Shown one piece after another: positions 9,333 through 19,331 of a DNA stretch of 64,000 bases (position 1 is the stretch's first letter; each line of letters begins with the position of its first letter). The position numbers and the translations under genes are program-made. This stretch comes from a phage: the sequence record NC_042307.1; one strand, written 5' to 3'. The notes under the pieces are model-generated. The model did not search any database, had not been told where the DNA came from, and saw only the letters and a program-made list of their open reading frames with translations.

Positions 9333-10196
9333 TTAAAGAATCCTCTGTACACCACAGCTATTATTTTTGTCAGTGGTAAATGTTGTGATTTTGCCAGTTT
9401 CATCATTAACCTGCGCAACCGTCAACTGCCCGTTGAAAACACCGCCAGTATCAAGATAAACACGGTTTTTATAAAGAAGTGGGTAAGGTACTCCAGTATG
9501 TCCGTGAAACACGAAATCTACTCCTTTAACTTCTGGCACTTCTACCATATATTTTTCTTTAAACCCAGAATAACGCTGGAAATACGGGTGTTCCTCACCA
9601 TTTTTAGACAAGTGGAAACCTATTTCTTGGATTACATCTCGATCCCATAGATATGGTTCAACAAGGTATCCCGGGTGATCACGTGGATCTTCCTTAGCTG
9701 CTTCTACTTGTGCAATAAGGTTATCCCATACTGGGGTTTCTACCTCATTACCACATTCTTTATACGTGAATGGTACACCACCATGAACAACACCATACTT
9801 CTTACCACGATGCAGCACAGTCAGGAATACTGGAAGTTTTTCAGCCATGTCTTCGGCAATATTTTTAATGGTATCTGCATCTAGTTCATTCATAGCCCAC
9901 ATACCACCGTTATACATCCAGTTAGCCCAATCTCCTACAATCATAAACTGGTCATGATTTCCACGAACGCTACAGAAACGTGGATTATATAAGAATTTAG
10001 CTAGAACTTGTAGATTCTGCGTGCCTCGGTCAATTAAATCCCCTACACATACAACGCAATCTTTCTTGCCGTTATAGCCAGCTAATTGTAGTGCATCTTC
10101 TAGTAAATCGTTGCATCCATGAATATCACCAACAAAGAATAAGTTAACATCATCAGGTACTACTAGTGTTTTATGTACATTAAATTCTTTTTTCAT
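9333..10196 (-). CDS. Ser/Thr protein phosphatase (PPP family)
   Basis: 'GDIHG', 'GDLIDRG', 'GNHD' motifs; ATG at 10196. Confidence 0.7.
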   Translation of the reverse strand: MKKEFNVHKTLVVPDDVNLFFVGDIHGCNDLLEDALQLAGYNGKKDCVVCVGDLIDRGTQNLQVLAKFLYNPRFCSVRGNHDQFMIVGDWANWMYNGGMWAMNELDADTIKNIAEDMAEKLPVFLTVLHRGKKYGVVHGGVPFTYKECGNEVETPVWDNLIAQVEAAKEDPRDHPGYLVEPYLWDRDVIQEIGFHLSKNGEEHPYFQRYSGFKEKYMVEVPEVKGVDFVFHGHTGVPYPLLYKNRVYLDTGGVFNGQLTVAQVNDETGKITTFTTDKNNSCGVQRIL

Positions 10197-10198
10197 AA

Positions 10199-10444
10199 TT
10201 ATTCCCAAATAACATTTAAAATAGTTGTACCATAATTATTTGATAGTTTTAGAGTATAACCCTCTTTATAAATGGATTTTATAGCTTCATAGCTAATTTC
10301 GTCACGGTTAAACTGCACATAAGAACCCCCAGCCTCTACAGAAGCTATAATCCGTCTTTTAACATACCTATATGGTTTCTTTCTGCTCTTAAGGAGTGCA
10401 GCCCTATTAATTCTAGATAAACGTTTTGCTTGCTCCGCTAACAT
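10199..10444 (-). CDS. hypothetical protein (81 aa)
   Basis: ORF. Confidence 0.4.
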   Translation of the reverse strand: MLAEQAKRLSRINRAALLKSRKKPYRYVKRRIIASVEAGGSYVQFNRDEISYEAIKSIYKEGYTLKLSNNYGTTILNVIWE

Positions 10445-10500
10445 TTAATCCTCCTATCAATCTATATAATTATTATACCAAAATTTTTAGCAAAAAGCAA

Positions 10501-10534
10501 GTAAAATAAAAGCCTGATCCGCTAAGATCAGGCT
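10501..10534 (-). terminator. Rho-independent terminator
   Basis: Stem AGCCTGATC/GATCAGGCT, T-run in minus sense. Confidence 0.55.
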
Positions 10535-10541
10535 TGGTTTA

Positions 10542-10832
10542 TTAATCTTCTGGATTATCATCCAGGAAGTTTTTAATAGCTTCGTGCATAGTTTCCTTAC
10601 GAAGCTGACGTCCAATCAAAATATGATTAGCTTCTATTCGACCATTAGGTAAGCGATCTGCCAGAACTACTACAGGTACTTGACGTACACCAAATTTCTG
10701 CATTAATTCTGTATTATCAGTCTCTTTATGGATTTCCAAATTATAGTCATTGACTACTTTATCAAATACTGGCTCAAACATTTTGCAAGGATTGCAAGTA
10801 GAACCTTTCAATAGATATACTAATTTACTCAT
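10542..10832 (-). CDS. thioredoxin/glutaredoxin-like protein
   Basis: Redox 'CNPC' motif near N-terminus, about 96 aa. Confidence 0.5.
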   Translation of the reverse strand: MSKLVYLLKGSTCNPCKMFEPVFDKVVNDYNLEIHKETDNTELMQKFGVRQVPVVVLADRLPNGRIEANHILIGRQLRKETMHEAIKNFLDDNPED

Positions 10833-11355
10833 TATTTAAATCCTCAATACTTGGAATAACTCCATTAAATACCTCTAAAACAGCACGCTCTCCGTGTAGT
10901 TTTTGTCTTAAAGTATTGGCTGATTTAACTGCCAATTCTAAATCTTTATGTTCAAAGCGCCCGCCGGATATACTTTCTCCATTTGAGTTCACGACGTAGA
11001 CTTGCCACTTACCTCGATTCCATGAAACTCCTAAATAGCCGGATTTACTCCATGCTTTCCTATTTCTTAGATTTTCCTGTTTAGTAGCATTACGAATATT
11101 ACACCACCTATTATCATAGGTTATGCGATTTTCATGGTCCATCTCATGCTCTGGCCATTCTCCAGTCATGTATAGACATGCTAATTGCTGCGCATAATAA
11201 GGGCGTTTATTAACGGTTATTCTAATGTATCCATCTTTAGTGAGTGTTCCTGCTATATCCCCCCTCTTTTTCGGTCCTCTACTTACTTTCCATGTAAAGA
11301 TTCCCGTTTCAGGGTCGTAATTGAACATCTGTTTAAGAGTATCCTGTGTAATCAT
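10825..11355 (-). CDS. HNH homing endonuclease
   Basis: 'HEMDHENRITYDNRWCNIRNATKQEN' motif. Confidence 0.65.
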   Translation of the reverse strand: MITQDTLKQMFNYDPETGIFTWKVSRGPKKRGDIAGTLTKDGYIRITVNKRPYYAQQLACLYMTGEWPEHEMDHENRITYDNRWCNIRNATKQENLRNRKAWSKSGYLGVSWNRGKWQVYVVNSNGESISGGRFEHKDLELAVKSANTLRQKLHGERAVLEVFNGVIPSIEDLNNE

Positions 11356-11780
11356 AGTTTATTAATAGCTTCTAAGAAGTTTTTCATGCACTTAACAGTT
11401 GCGGTGCTCAGATCAAGATTTACACCCAAACACTCGGTTAATGCTTCCTGATAAGGAGCCTTTAATCTGCCTTCTGGGACTTCTACCTTCTTATATTCTT
11501 TATTTTGGACCTTTTTAATCATAGTCTCTAGTACAAGAAGTGGTAATTTAGCACCTTCAATATCAGTACCCAAAAGTTCAGCTAAAATTTTATTAAGATC
11601 AAGACGAGTTAACTTTTTGCCCTTAGACATAGATGCACCTACCTTTGTATCAATAGATTTTCCCGCTTTCTTTTCGAGCTTTTTGTACTCAGGAGAGTCA
11701 TGATCACGGAGTGCAATGTTTAGCTCGTAATGTGGTATACGAAAATGTTCCGCCATTTGAGTGTAGAAACGATCAGACAT
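11352..11780 (-). CDS. hypothetical protein (142 aa)
   Basis: ORF. Confidence 0.45.
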   Translation of the reverse strand: MSDRFYTQMAEHFRIPHYELNIALRDHDSPEYKKLEKKAGKSIDTKVGASMSKGKKLTRLDLNKILAELLGTDIEGAKLPLLVLETMIKKVQNKEYKKVEVPEGRLKAPYQEALTECLGVNLDLSTATVKCMKNFLEAINKL

Positions 11781-11855
11781 AATATATACCTCTCTTAACT
11801 AATTTATGTATATATTATATAATAACTAGGGCTAAAAGTCAACTACTTTTTTATC

Positions 11856-12272
11856 TTAATCTACTGCATGTATAAATCTTTTCCTAACTAGATACATAGT
11901 TATTGGGTAAATTGAGTACATAAGTATCGGGGAGAAAAGGGTGAAATACGCTGTAACTCCCCCAGCTAACATCAAAGGTATTAATGCTAGAGTAAGGGCC
12001 ATAAGAATCATACCGAATGAAACAGCCAAAGCTATGGATATAGGATTCTCTAGTTCCATCCATAACCAACAATATTTCGTATCTCTATGGCAATTGCATT
12101 TACAAACGCCGAATGAACCCATAATTATATACTCTAGTCCGTGAATAACCTTTATTAATAAGCTATTTCGGGTAGTTAATGCAATGATAGTAAAGACTAT
12201 CATTAAAACGAATACTACTAGACTTATTTTCCAGATACCTAGCAGCATCATAGTGAATAGTTCTGCAAACAT
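11856..12272 (-). CDS. multi-pass membrane protein (138 aa)
   Basis: Several hydrophobic segments; lies downstream of endolysin. Confidence 0.4.
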   Translation of the reverse strand: MFAELFTMMLLGIWKISLVVFVLMIVFTIIALTTRNSLLIKVIHGLEYIIMGSFGVCKCNCHRDTKYCWLWMELENPISIALAVSFGMILMALTLALIPLMLAGGVTAYFTLFSPILMYSIYPITMYLVRKRFIHAVD

Positions 12273-12349
12273 GGCTTTCTCCTATCTTCAAAAATTATTA
12301 AAGCCCCCTTTGCCTAAAAAGGCGGGAATATTCCCGCCTAAGTTATTAA

Positions 12350-12763
12350 TTAAACTAGTTCGACATGACCGCCATCATAGGTACCACGTTTTATTTCATC
12401 GTGATAGTCTCCCGAAGCATTCCAATCAGCACCAAAACGAAGTTTAATGCCTAGTTCTTTACCAGCTTGTTCAAAAGCCTTTTTAACTGCCCAAAATGCT
12501 TCTAAGTCATTCCAGTCAATTTTGCCATTAATATATGGAGCAAAATCGATAGCATCTCCAGTAATATGTTTGCTTTTACTAGGATCTTTTAGAAATGAAG
12601 TACCATTAGCAATATTTTGGGCACTTTGTGCTACTGTACGAATACCTTGCACGATTGTGAAATCGTACGGAGATAATTCTAAAGCCCTACGAGCTACTTT
12701 TTGTAGTTCGGGCTTAACGGTAGCTAATTGTTTTTCACTATTTTTACCAAATTTAAAACTCAT
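12350..12763 (-). CDS. lys: endolysin, L-alanyl-D-glutamate peptidase (T5 Lys-like, 137 aa)
   Basis: Size and sequence recall of T5 endolysin; follows holin gene. Confidence 0.7.
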   Translation of the reverse strand: MSFKFGKNSEKQLATVKPELQKVARRALELSPYDFTIVQGIRTVAQSAQNIANGTSFLKDPSKSKHITGDAIDFAPYINGKIDWNDLEAFWAVKKAFEQAGKELGIKLRFGADWNASGDYHDEIKRGTYDGGHVELV

Positions 12764-13443
12764 ATTGATCTACCTAAAGATCTCTGTTGTGGGGAACAGA
12801 GCTTTGCTAAATATTCCTTGAACTGTTCAGAATCAGCTGTATCTACCGGATTATCTTTCCAAGCAATACCAATGTACCCAGCATAGATATTTTTTAGATT
12901 GAAATATGGACAAGTGTATATGTAATTAAAAGTAACGTTTTTAAACGCAGGTATATTTAACCCCATATATTTATTTACTCTTACACTTAAATCCGATGCG
13001 TAGTTAAAGCCCTCTAAATGACGTCTGTATAATTCAGACGTTTTATTTACCGCTTTATCGGCCAAGTCAGCCCTATCTAATTGCGCATTACTTTCCCATG
13101 CAATAATATTGGAATAGTCATTGATAGCATCTGGTTTATACTTGACTACAAAAACAGCATCTGCACCCGTCTGAGAGAAGAGAACCATGCTCTTTTCCCT
13201 CGCCACATCAGGGAAGTTATCTATCCTCTGGGTTTGTAAATCCTGTAAAACTGCAGACGTGGAAAAAGTCTTTAAGAATGACATCACTTCACTAGTATTA
13301 CTAACAAATAAGAAAATAATGACAGCAACTAAGATAGTTAGCAGACGTTTAAGAAGCGATGCTGGGTCTTTCGCTTCTTGGAGCAGTACTGTTAATAATT
13401 GTAAGAACTTTTCCAATTTGTAACCTCCTCTAACCAGTACCAT
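12760..13443 (-). CDS. holin (T5-type); start uncertain
   Basis: TM 'LLTILVAVIIFLFV', 4-bp overlap with endolysin. Confidence 0.55.
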   Translation of the reverse strand: MVLVRGGYKLEKFLQLLTVLLQEAKDPASLLKRLLTILVAVIIFLFVSNTSEVMSFLKTFSTSAVLQDLQTQRIDNFPDVAREKSMVLFSQTGADAVFVVKYKPDAINDYSNIIAWESNAQLDRADLADKAVNKTSELYRRHLEGFNYASDLSVRVNKYMGLNIPAFKNVTFNYIYTCPYFNLKNIYAGYIGIAWKDNPVDTADSEQFKEYLAKLCSPQQRSLGRSI

Positions 13444-13572
13444 TATACTAATTTTGGAGGAAAATTTCAATGGGTTTTTAAATGTTACACTTGGAGCACA
13501 AAATTATGTCGTTGTCAAGAAGAATTTTAGATAAAAGAAAAGCCAGGGTACTTAAACCTGGCTTAAAATTAC

Positions 13573-14172
13573 TTACTCTTCGTTGTGCTCCTCGGATTGA
13601 GGTAACTGGGCTTTATTATATTGCTCAGATCGATATTTTGCCAAGATTTCAATACGCTTATGGATTTCCTTGCTATCTAGATAGATATTTTTGTTGTCTT
13701 TTACCATCTCGTCGATTTCATCTATTGAGAAGAACGGATAGTAGACATCTAGCATCATATCTTCTACGAACTTGTTGTAAGATTCATAGGCTTTCTTGAT
13801 TTCTTGACCTTTCTCACAGAACCCACCAGAGAACGTGTGTCCCATTAGCGTAGCATGTGGATGTACTACCCATCCATGACAAGATAGGAAAATTGTGCAG
13901 TAAGCAGAAGCACTAGGACCAATCAGGTGCCCTATAACTGTTCCACGGCAATTAGCAATTAAGTTAGATAACTGTGCAGCAGTATCAACATAACCACCGG
14001 GGCCATTAATCATCAGATTAATTTCGTCGTCCTCATTTGCCTGCATAAGTACCATTGATAAATCACGGTATTCATCCGGCGGACCGATTTCTTCATCAAA
14101 GAAAAAGGTATACTCGTTACATAGGCGAATGGAGTGGAACAGGTTAGTCTTTTCTTCTTTTCTATTAGTCAT
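13573..14172 (-). CDS. ClpP-like serine protease
   Basis: 'INGPGG', 'GPSASAY', 'VVHPH' resemble ClpP INSPGG/Ser/His motifs. Confidence 0.55.
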   Translation of the reverse strand: MTNRKEEKTNLFHSIRLCNEYTFFFDEEIGPPDEYRDLSMVLMQANEDDEINLMINGPGGYVDTAAQLSNLIANCRGTVIGHLIGPSASAYCTIFLSCHGWVVHPHATLMGHTFSGGFCEKGQEIKKAYESYNKFVEDMMLDVYYPFFSIDEIDEMVKDNKNIYLDSKEIHKRIEILAKYRSEQYNKAQLPQSEEHNEE

Positions 14173-14184
14173 AGCGATCCTTGA

Positions 14185-14937
14185 TTACCCCACTAGTGGT
14201 TCTAGCTCTGAGTCACAGAAGTTATACACTTCTAGTGTGAGGTTATAGATACCATCGGGTGTATTAGCTAATTCGTGAGTGATATATTTTGCAGGAATAC
14301 CACTTTCAGATGGATGATCTGATTTAATAGTGAACTTCTGCTCAGCGGGCACTACATTTACTAGTAAAGAATCCATATCTAAATGGTTCGTTTCTCTGAG
14401 TAACTCTCCTTCATTGGGGAATCTCACATCTGTTATTACGGCGACATCTGGGTCGTCTTTAGCGATGGATTGCTCCAGAATTATGAGCCAAATGCGTTCA
14501 TGTACCAGCTGCCTTCCTAGCTCTGTTCCTACGAGCTGTAACATTTTTCTTGGAGAAATAAATAAACTATAAAGTCCGTCTTCTTTATTCTCTGAGATAA
14601 GTTGTTGAGGATTAAGATATTTTTCCTCAAAAATCGGCCAAAGGTACGAGAAGTCTTCAAACTTATCGATACCGTATTTAAACCATACGTCTCTAGCTCG
14701 CTCCAACTGAGATTGTGTGACTGTAAACCATTGGTCAATCTCTTTCCCTCTGCGCTCTCCTAGAAACTCTGGAGTTACACCGAGGATTACGGATGCAAGT
14801 TCATAAACGGGCTTAGCAAAACTGTAACGACGGGATAAACACGTTGGATACGTGTCATTACACCAATCGATAATTAATTTTGCAACGGTATCTTTTCCTG
14901 CACCTGCCCCGCCATGTAAACCTACTAGTACGCTCAT
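14185..14937 (-). CDS. dnk: deoxynucleoside-5'-monophosphate kinase (T5 Dnk-like, 250 aa)
   Basis: P-loop 'GGAGAGKDT'; size matches T5 enzyme. Confidence 0.6.
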   Translation of the reverse strand: MSVLVGLHGGAGAGKDTVAKLIIDWCNDTYPTCLSRRYSFAKPVYELASVILGVTPEFLGERRGKEIDQWFTVTQSQLERARDVWFKYGIDKFEDFSYLWPIFEEKYLNPQQLISENKEDGLYSLFISPRKMLQLVGTELGRQLVHERIWLIILEQSIAKDDPDVAVITDVRFPNEGELLRETNHLDMDSLLVNVVPAEQKFTIKSDHPSESGIPAKYITHELANTPDGIYNLTLEVYNFCDSELEPLVG

Positions 14938-15470
14938 TTATTAAGTTCCTCTAAAGTTGGTAAAGATTTTGTAGAATCAAAAGTTTCTACAACAGCATTT
15001 TCACCATGCAACTGTAAACGAAGTTCATTGGCTCTTTTAACTGCCAACTCTAAATCTAGGTATCTAAAGGAGCCTCCATACATATTAGTACCTCTAAAAT
15101 TAGCAACATTTACTTCCCACTTCTGGTCACGTTTCCTCCAGCTAATTCCTAGATAACCAGATTTACTTCTAGTAGCTTTATTTCTCTGGTTTTCTTGATT
15201 ATTAGACTCTCTAAGATTTACCCAACGATTGTCGCTCCTTACGCGGTTTATGTGATCTACCATCTCAGGAGTATAGCCCTCCATATAAAGGAATGCTAGC
15301 TGATGTGCCAGGTAGGGTTTTCCATCTACCTTTATTTGTATATATCCATCTTTCCTAAGTGTACCTGCGATATTACCAGCTTTTTGATTACCAACAGCCA
15401 CTAACCTAATAAATAATCCAGTATCAGGGTTATATTCAAGTAATTCCTTTAATCTTTCTTGTATTACCAC
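14934..15470 (-). CDS. HNH homing endonuclease (MVIQERLKEL family)
   Basis: Paralog of 7325..7861. Confidence 0.7.
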   Translation of the reverse strand: MVIQERLKELLEYNPDTGLFIRLVAVGNQKAGNIAGTLRKDGYIQIKVDGKPYLAHQLAFLYMEGYTPEMVDHINRVRSDNRWVNLRESNNQENQRNKATRSKSGYLGISWRKRDQKWEVNVANFRGTNMYGGSFRYLDLELAVKRANELRLQLHGENAVVETFDSTKSLPTLEELNK

Positions 15471-15471
15471 A

Positions 15472-15825
15472 TTAATCTTTCCTATTGTTAATTGGTGGAT
15501 AATATACTAAACAACGTTTTTCTTGCAAATCTTGGCGGTAGAAGCAAACCATACTTGTCAGTCGTGAGATATATGAATATTCTGCCTCGCGGCATTTTGC
15601 CAACATATTCCAATCTTTATATGGTACGACTACTAGTACGCCATCCTCCCCATTTGTAGCTAATTTCTTTTCAAACTTAAAGTCAAAGCTACAAGGTTGA
15701 AGTCCTTTAGGCCAGTCCACATGAGCTGTTGGTAGTTCATGGGTAGGTTCTGGCTTTATTTCTTGTGCACAGCCTGTGATTGTGATTGCGGCTGCGAGCA
15801 GTATTCCAAGTTTTATTTTGTGCAT
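15472..15825 (-). CDS. lipoprotein (possible o-spanin or exclusion lipoprotein)
   Basis: Signal peptide with lipobox 'ITGC'. Confidence 0.5.
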   Translation of the reverse strand: MHKIKLGILLAAAITITGCAQEIKPEPTHELPTAHVDWPKGLQPCSFDFKFEKKLATNGEDGVLVVVPYKDWNMLAKCREAEYSYISRLTSMVCFYRQDLQEKRCLVYYPPINNRKD

Positions 15826-16511
15826 CTACGCACCTCATAATGTGTTTCTATGTATTGTTCCACTTCTACTGGAGAAACATTGAAAAACTCTGTACTTCCA
15901 CTAAACCCCCCATAACTGCATCTTTTATTTTTATAGACACTATGTAGGTCAGCTTCGATCTTAGCTGTTTCTTCCTTAGAACCCTTGCCACAAATATAGT
16001 AAGATGATACTCTCAGATCTTTAAAACCACTACAAGACTTAACTTCTAGAAGTCTTTTCTGCACACTCTTACTTATACCTATTTTTATGCCTTTATCTGA
16101 AACAAATATGTATAAAAATCCTTGTGTATCCCAAGCTGTTTTGGCACAATTTGGGCACCCACTATGGTGTAAAACGTGGTTAGTGGTTGTCTCCCACTGA
16201 TGGGAACATGTATTACATAAAAACTTTAGCTTAGAAGTAGAATTAGTATATTCACTTAGTAATACGATTTTTCTAGGACTGAGGAGTGAGTTAATCCTGT
16301 CTTTGGTTAACTTTTCATTGCCTGCACATTTTGGGCATCCTCTACCTTTATTTCTGACATTTGTAGGGGCTGTTAACCATGTATTAGAGCATATAAGACA
16401 CTTAAATTGTGTCTTTGTCTTATTATGTTCATATTCCCCTACTAATCTTACTGTCCTACCTTGAGCTTCTAAATCTTTATTAAAGATTTCTTTATTTATT
16501 TTTACGCTCAT
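15813..16511 (-). CDS. T5orf172/GIY-YIG-like endonuclease with tandem zinc-ribbon repeats
   Basis: Repeated 'C..C..W....GCP.C' units then 'GFLYIFVSDKGIKIG' core. Confidence 0.55.
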   Translation of the reverse strand: MSVKINKEIFNKDLEAQGRTVRLVGEYEHNKTKTQFKCLICSNTWLTAPTNVRNKGRGCPKCAGNEKLTKDRINSLLSPRKIVLLSEYTNSTSKLKFLCNTCSHQWETTTNHVLHHSGCPNCAKTAWDTQGFLYIFVSDKGIKIGISKSVQKRLLEVKSCSGFKDLRVSSYYICGKGSKEETAKIEADLHSVYKNKRCSYGGFSGSTEFFNVSPVEVEQYIETHYEVRRCTK

Positions 16512-16917
16512 CCCTACAGTACTCCAAGCTACCAGAAAGACATGCTAATCTTTCCTCGAATTCCTTACTCTGCTTTTTAGCAATTAATGTAACCAATCCA
16601 GGCTTTGCAGCTATAATATCTTGACGACTAAGTGCTTTATCAAGCTGATTAATTTTCTTGTCTAGATCTGCTTGCGAAACATTATTCATTGTGAAATACT
16701 GATTCATTCGAGTCTCACGAAGTTCACTCTCAGCCCTCACATTATTAAGGGAAGTTTCTAGAGCAGAGATCTTTTTAGTAGCTACTGCAAGATCACCTGC
16801 TAGAGTCTCAACCTTATTAACTAAGTGATAAGCACCGAATCCGATGCCTATCGCCAAACCAGCTCCCAGGATATACATCTTGTTATTCCAAACTAAGTCT
16901 ACAAACCATTTCCGCAT
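16492..16917 (-). CDS. N-terminal TM + coiled-coil protein (possible i-spanin)
   Basis: 'ILGAGLAIGIGFGAY' TM then heptad-rich region. Confidence 0.4.
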   Translation of the reverse strand: MRKWFVDLVWNNKMYILGAGLAIGIGFGAYHLVNKVETLAGDLAVATKKISALETSLNNVRAESELRETRMNQYFTMNNVSQADLDKKINQLDKALSRQDIIAAKPGLVTLIAKKQSKEFEERLACLSGSLEYCRDERKNK

Positions 16918-17414
16918 TAGCCTGTACTCGCAAACTCACCGTGGAGTTCTTTGAGTTTGGTATCCCGCCATTTTATAGCCTCTTCCAAACTCTTAAGTGT
17001 TTTCGAAACTTGCTTACCATGTTTGGTAATTCTTACTTGGTAAGTCCCATTTGTTTTTCTATGGATATTTTTAACGCCTAAATGGTTATCGCTTCTTACT
17101 TTTTGGTTACAAGCATTATCAGATCTTGTAGCAGGCCTTAGATTCTCAAATCTATCATTAGTTGAGTCTTTGTCCTTGTGATCAACTATTTCAGGCCATT
17201 CTCCAGTATGCCATGCATAGATTAATCTATGTGCCCCTATAGCTATGGAACCATTATATAGTTCAACTACTCTATGCCCTGTACTTTGTCTAGATCCTGC
17301 TACTGTTCCGGCGAATATCTTATTAAAATGTTCGTCCCCTTCCCTGGGTTTCCAGATAAGATTACCATCTTCTTGGTAATCGAAGATTCTTCTTAGCTCT
17401 TCCTTACTGATCAT
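16917..17414 (-). CDS. HNH homing endonuclease
   Basis: 'EIVDHKDKDSTNDRFENLR' motif. Confidence 0.65.
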   Translation of the reverse strand: MISKEELRRIFDYQEDGNLIWKPREGDEHFNKIFAGTVAGSRQSTGHRVVELYNGSIAIGAHRLIYAWHTGEWPEIVDHKDKDSTNDRFENLRPATRSDNACNQKVRSDNHLGVKNIHRKTNGTYQVRITKHGKQVSKTLKSLEEAIKWRDTKLKELHGEFASTG

Positions 17415-17638
17415 CTTTTCATATTCCTAAAAGAAGTAACAGTATCAAATCCATGTGCAGCTAAGCGATCCTTATCGGAAATCGTAATAGTATTTGGTTC
17501 ACCGGTTCCTAACACGCCCCAGATATATTGCTCGATCATCTGGTGTAAACGGTATAAGTTACTTTCAATTTCCTGCCACGGAATACCTGACTGATGGAAA
17601 CGAATGTTAGTCTGAATCACGAAGTTACGAATCATCAT
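17411..17638 (-). CDS. hypothetical protein (75 aa)
   Basis: ORF. Confidence 0.35.
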   Translation of the reverse strand: MMIRNFVIQTNIRFHQSGIPWQEIESNLYRLHQMIEQYIWGVLGTGEPNTITISDKDRLAAHGFDTVTSFRNMKR

Positions 17639-18111
17639 CGTTATCGTTCTTCTTGATACCTTTCACATACGCAATCGGTACACGCAGTTCGGACAAGATA
17701 CGTTCTGCTTTAGGTTTTGCTTCAACGAGCAAATCACGCATTGTTTCACGAACATCTCCACGACTCTTATCCATTAGGTAGGAGCGAGCATGCAATCCCA
17801 TCTCTTCCATTTTATCGAACATAGTGTCGAGGTCGAACGTTTTAAAGCTAAACGCTGGATGCCAGCAGTACAACTCGGTGTAACCAGTAAACTTCACCTG
17901 CAACAAACAGTGGGTTTACAAAGTATTCGAAGTCGCCACGGAAAGATAGTGAACCTTCACGAAATACTTGGCGAGTATGCACAATGTTCTTTTCTGCATC
18001 ATCAGTTACCTTAACCAGTAACTCTTCAGTTTTACGCTCCCAAACACGATCGGGGTCAAACAAACTGTTCTGCAAATCATACACATCTGCGAATTTAGAA
18101 ATGATCCTCAT
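17625..18111 (-). pseudogene. hypothetical gene split across two overlapping frames (possible frameshift or two genes)
   Basis: ORFs 17848..18111 and 17625..17906 overlap in different frames; second begins with TTG. Confidence 0.3.
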
Positions 18112-18180
18112 ATTTAATCCTCTTGCCTCAATCTATGAATATATTATACAAAAGTTTGGGCATCTATGCAACTAAAATTT

Positions 18181-18220
18181 TATTACAAAAATAGCCCAGT
18201 CGCAAAAGTGCAGGCTGGGC
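18181..18220 (-). terminator. Rho-independent terminator
   Basis: Stem GCCCAG/CTGGGC with T-run in minus sense. Confidence 0.5.
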
Positions 18221-18265
18221 TTTGTCATTATTTGCTTTTGCTAGTAAGTTGACTTAGTGTCAATC

Positions 18266-18646
18266 TTATGTAATATTAGTTTCTCTAGCTTTGCGTAGTA
18301 CCCCTGCATTTCTCCATAACTTAATATCGTCTACTGTTTCTTTATAAGGAGCTATGGTAAAACCTAGTGGGCCAGCACTAAATAACCCTAAGAATCCTAT
18401 TGCACGCATATAGAATAAACATTCTTCGCCTGTCATTTCTTCAACTGCTTTTCTTTGTTTTTCGTTTTCAAACTCGTGATCCTTGTTGTCTATACGAAGG
18501 TGTTTAATAAACCATTCAGCAGAATATTCATCTAAGTGTCTAAGTATGGCTACTGCATACCCAGCGCCAATTAAAAACCAAGTGGTAACAAGAATTAGTA
18601 CTATGGTCATATCATCTCCAGTTAAGGTCAGCGACCAACTCACCAC
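18266..18646 (-). CDS. membrane protein (126 aa)
   Basis: Hydrophobic segments. Confidence 0.4.
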   Translation of the reverse strand: MVSWSLTLTGDDMTIVLILVTTWFLIGAGYAVAILRHLDEYSAEWFIKHLRIDNKDHEFENEKQRKAVEEMTGEECLFYMRAIGFLGLFSAGPLGFTIAPYKETVDDIKLWRNAGVLRKARETNIT

Positions 18647-18720
18647 TTACCGCACTAAGGGGCACGACTCCCTTATCCGTAACAGTTGCAGGTGACGCAA
18701 CTCGGTCCTACGCGAGTTCT

Positions 18721-19005
18721 TTACTTGCTCTGCATTTCAGCACGGAACTTTTTCATCTTACGAGTTTTACGGAAGAAGAAATAAGTAGCTACTGGCCCGA
18801 ACAAGGTGTCCATAATAAGCATACCTGACATAACGAATTTGAACATCTTTTCATCGTCAAATACTGCTAATTCTGGCGGACGATATTTGTTTATAACATA
18901 AAGAATAACATCTTTATTTTTAGAGATATACAGATCATCAATCAGACTGTAAATCGCGACAACTGCACCAATAACAAACCACAAAGCAAATGGAGAGATA
19001 ATCAT
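18721..19005 (-). CDS. membrane protein (94 aa)
   Basis: Hydrophobic segments. Confidence 0.4.
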   Translation of the reverse strand: MIISPFALWFVIGAVVAIYSLIDDLYISKNKDVILYVINKYRPPELAVFDDEKMFKFVMSGMLIMDTLFGPVATYFFFRKTRKMKKFRAEMQSK

Positions 19006-19331
19006 TTCAGATCCTTTTCATTAATTAAAATATTTGTAAATAATGGGGTATTCCCCAAGCACATGGTAGGGCCAAATGTATTCATGGCTACCCATAACTG
19101 CATGGTTATCATACCGTCTTTAATCGCCGGATCTTTATACTCCTCGATACGTTTCTTGGCAAAAGCAACTATGTCTGGATTATTTTTATTTTCCTGAATA
19201 TAGTCATGCCAAAACTGGGTATTCTCACTACGTAGGAATGTTAAAATATCCTTAGTTGCTGGAATCTGCACTGTGCTGTTGATGTTTAGTCTTTTCACGT
19301 TCTTCTCTCTGTTATTCTTTAGGAAACCCAT
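19002..19331 (-). CDS. hypothetical protein (109 aa)
   Basis: ORF. Confidence 0.4.
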   Translation of the reverse strand: MGFLKNNREKNVKRLNINSTVQIPATKDILTFLRSENTQFWHDYIQENKNNPDIVAFAKKRIEEYKDPAIKDGMITMQLWVAMNTFGPTMCLGNTPLFTNILINEKDLK

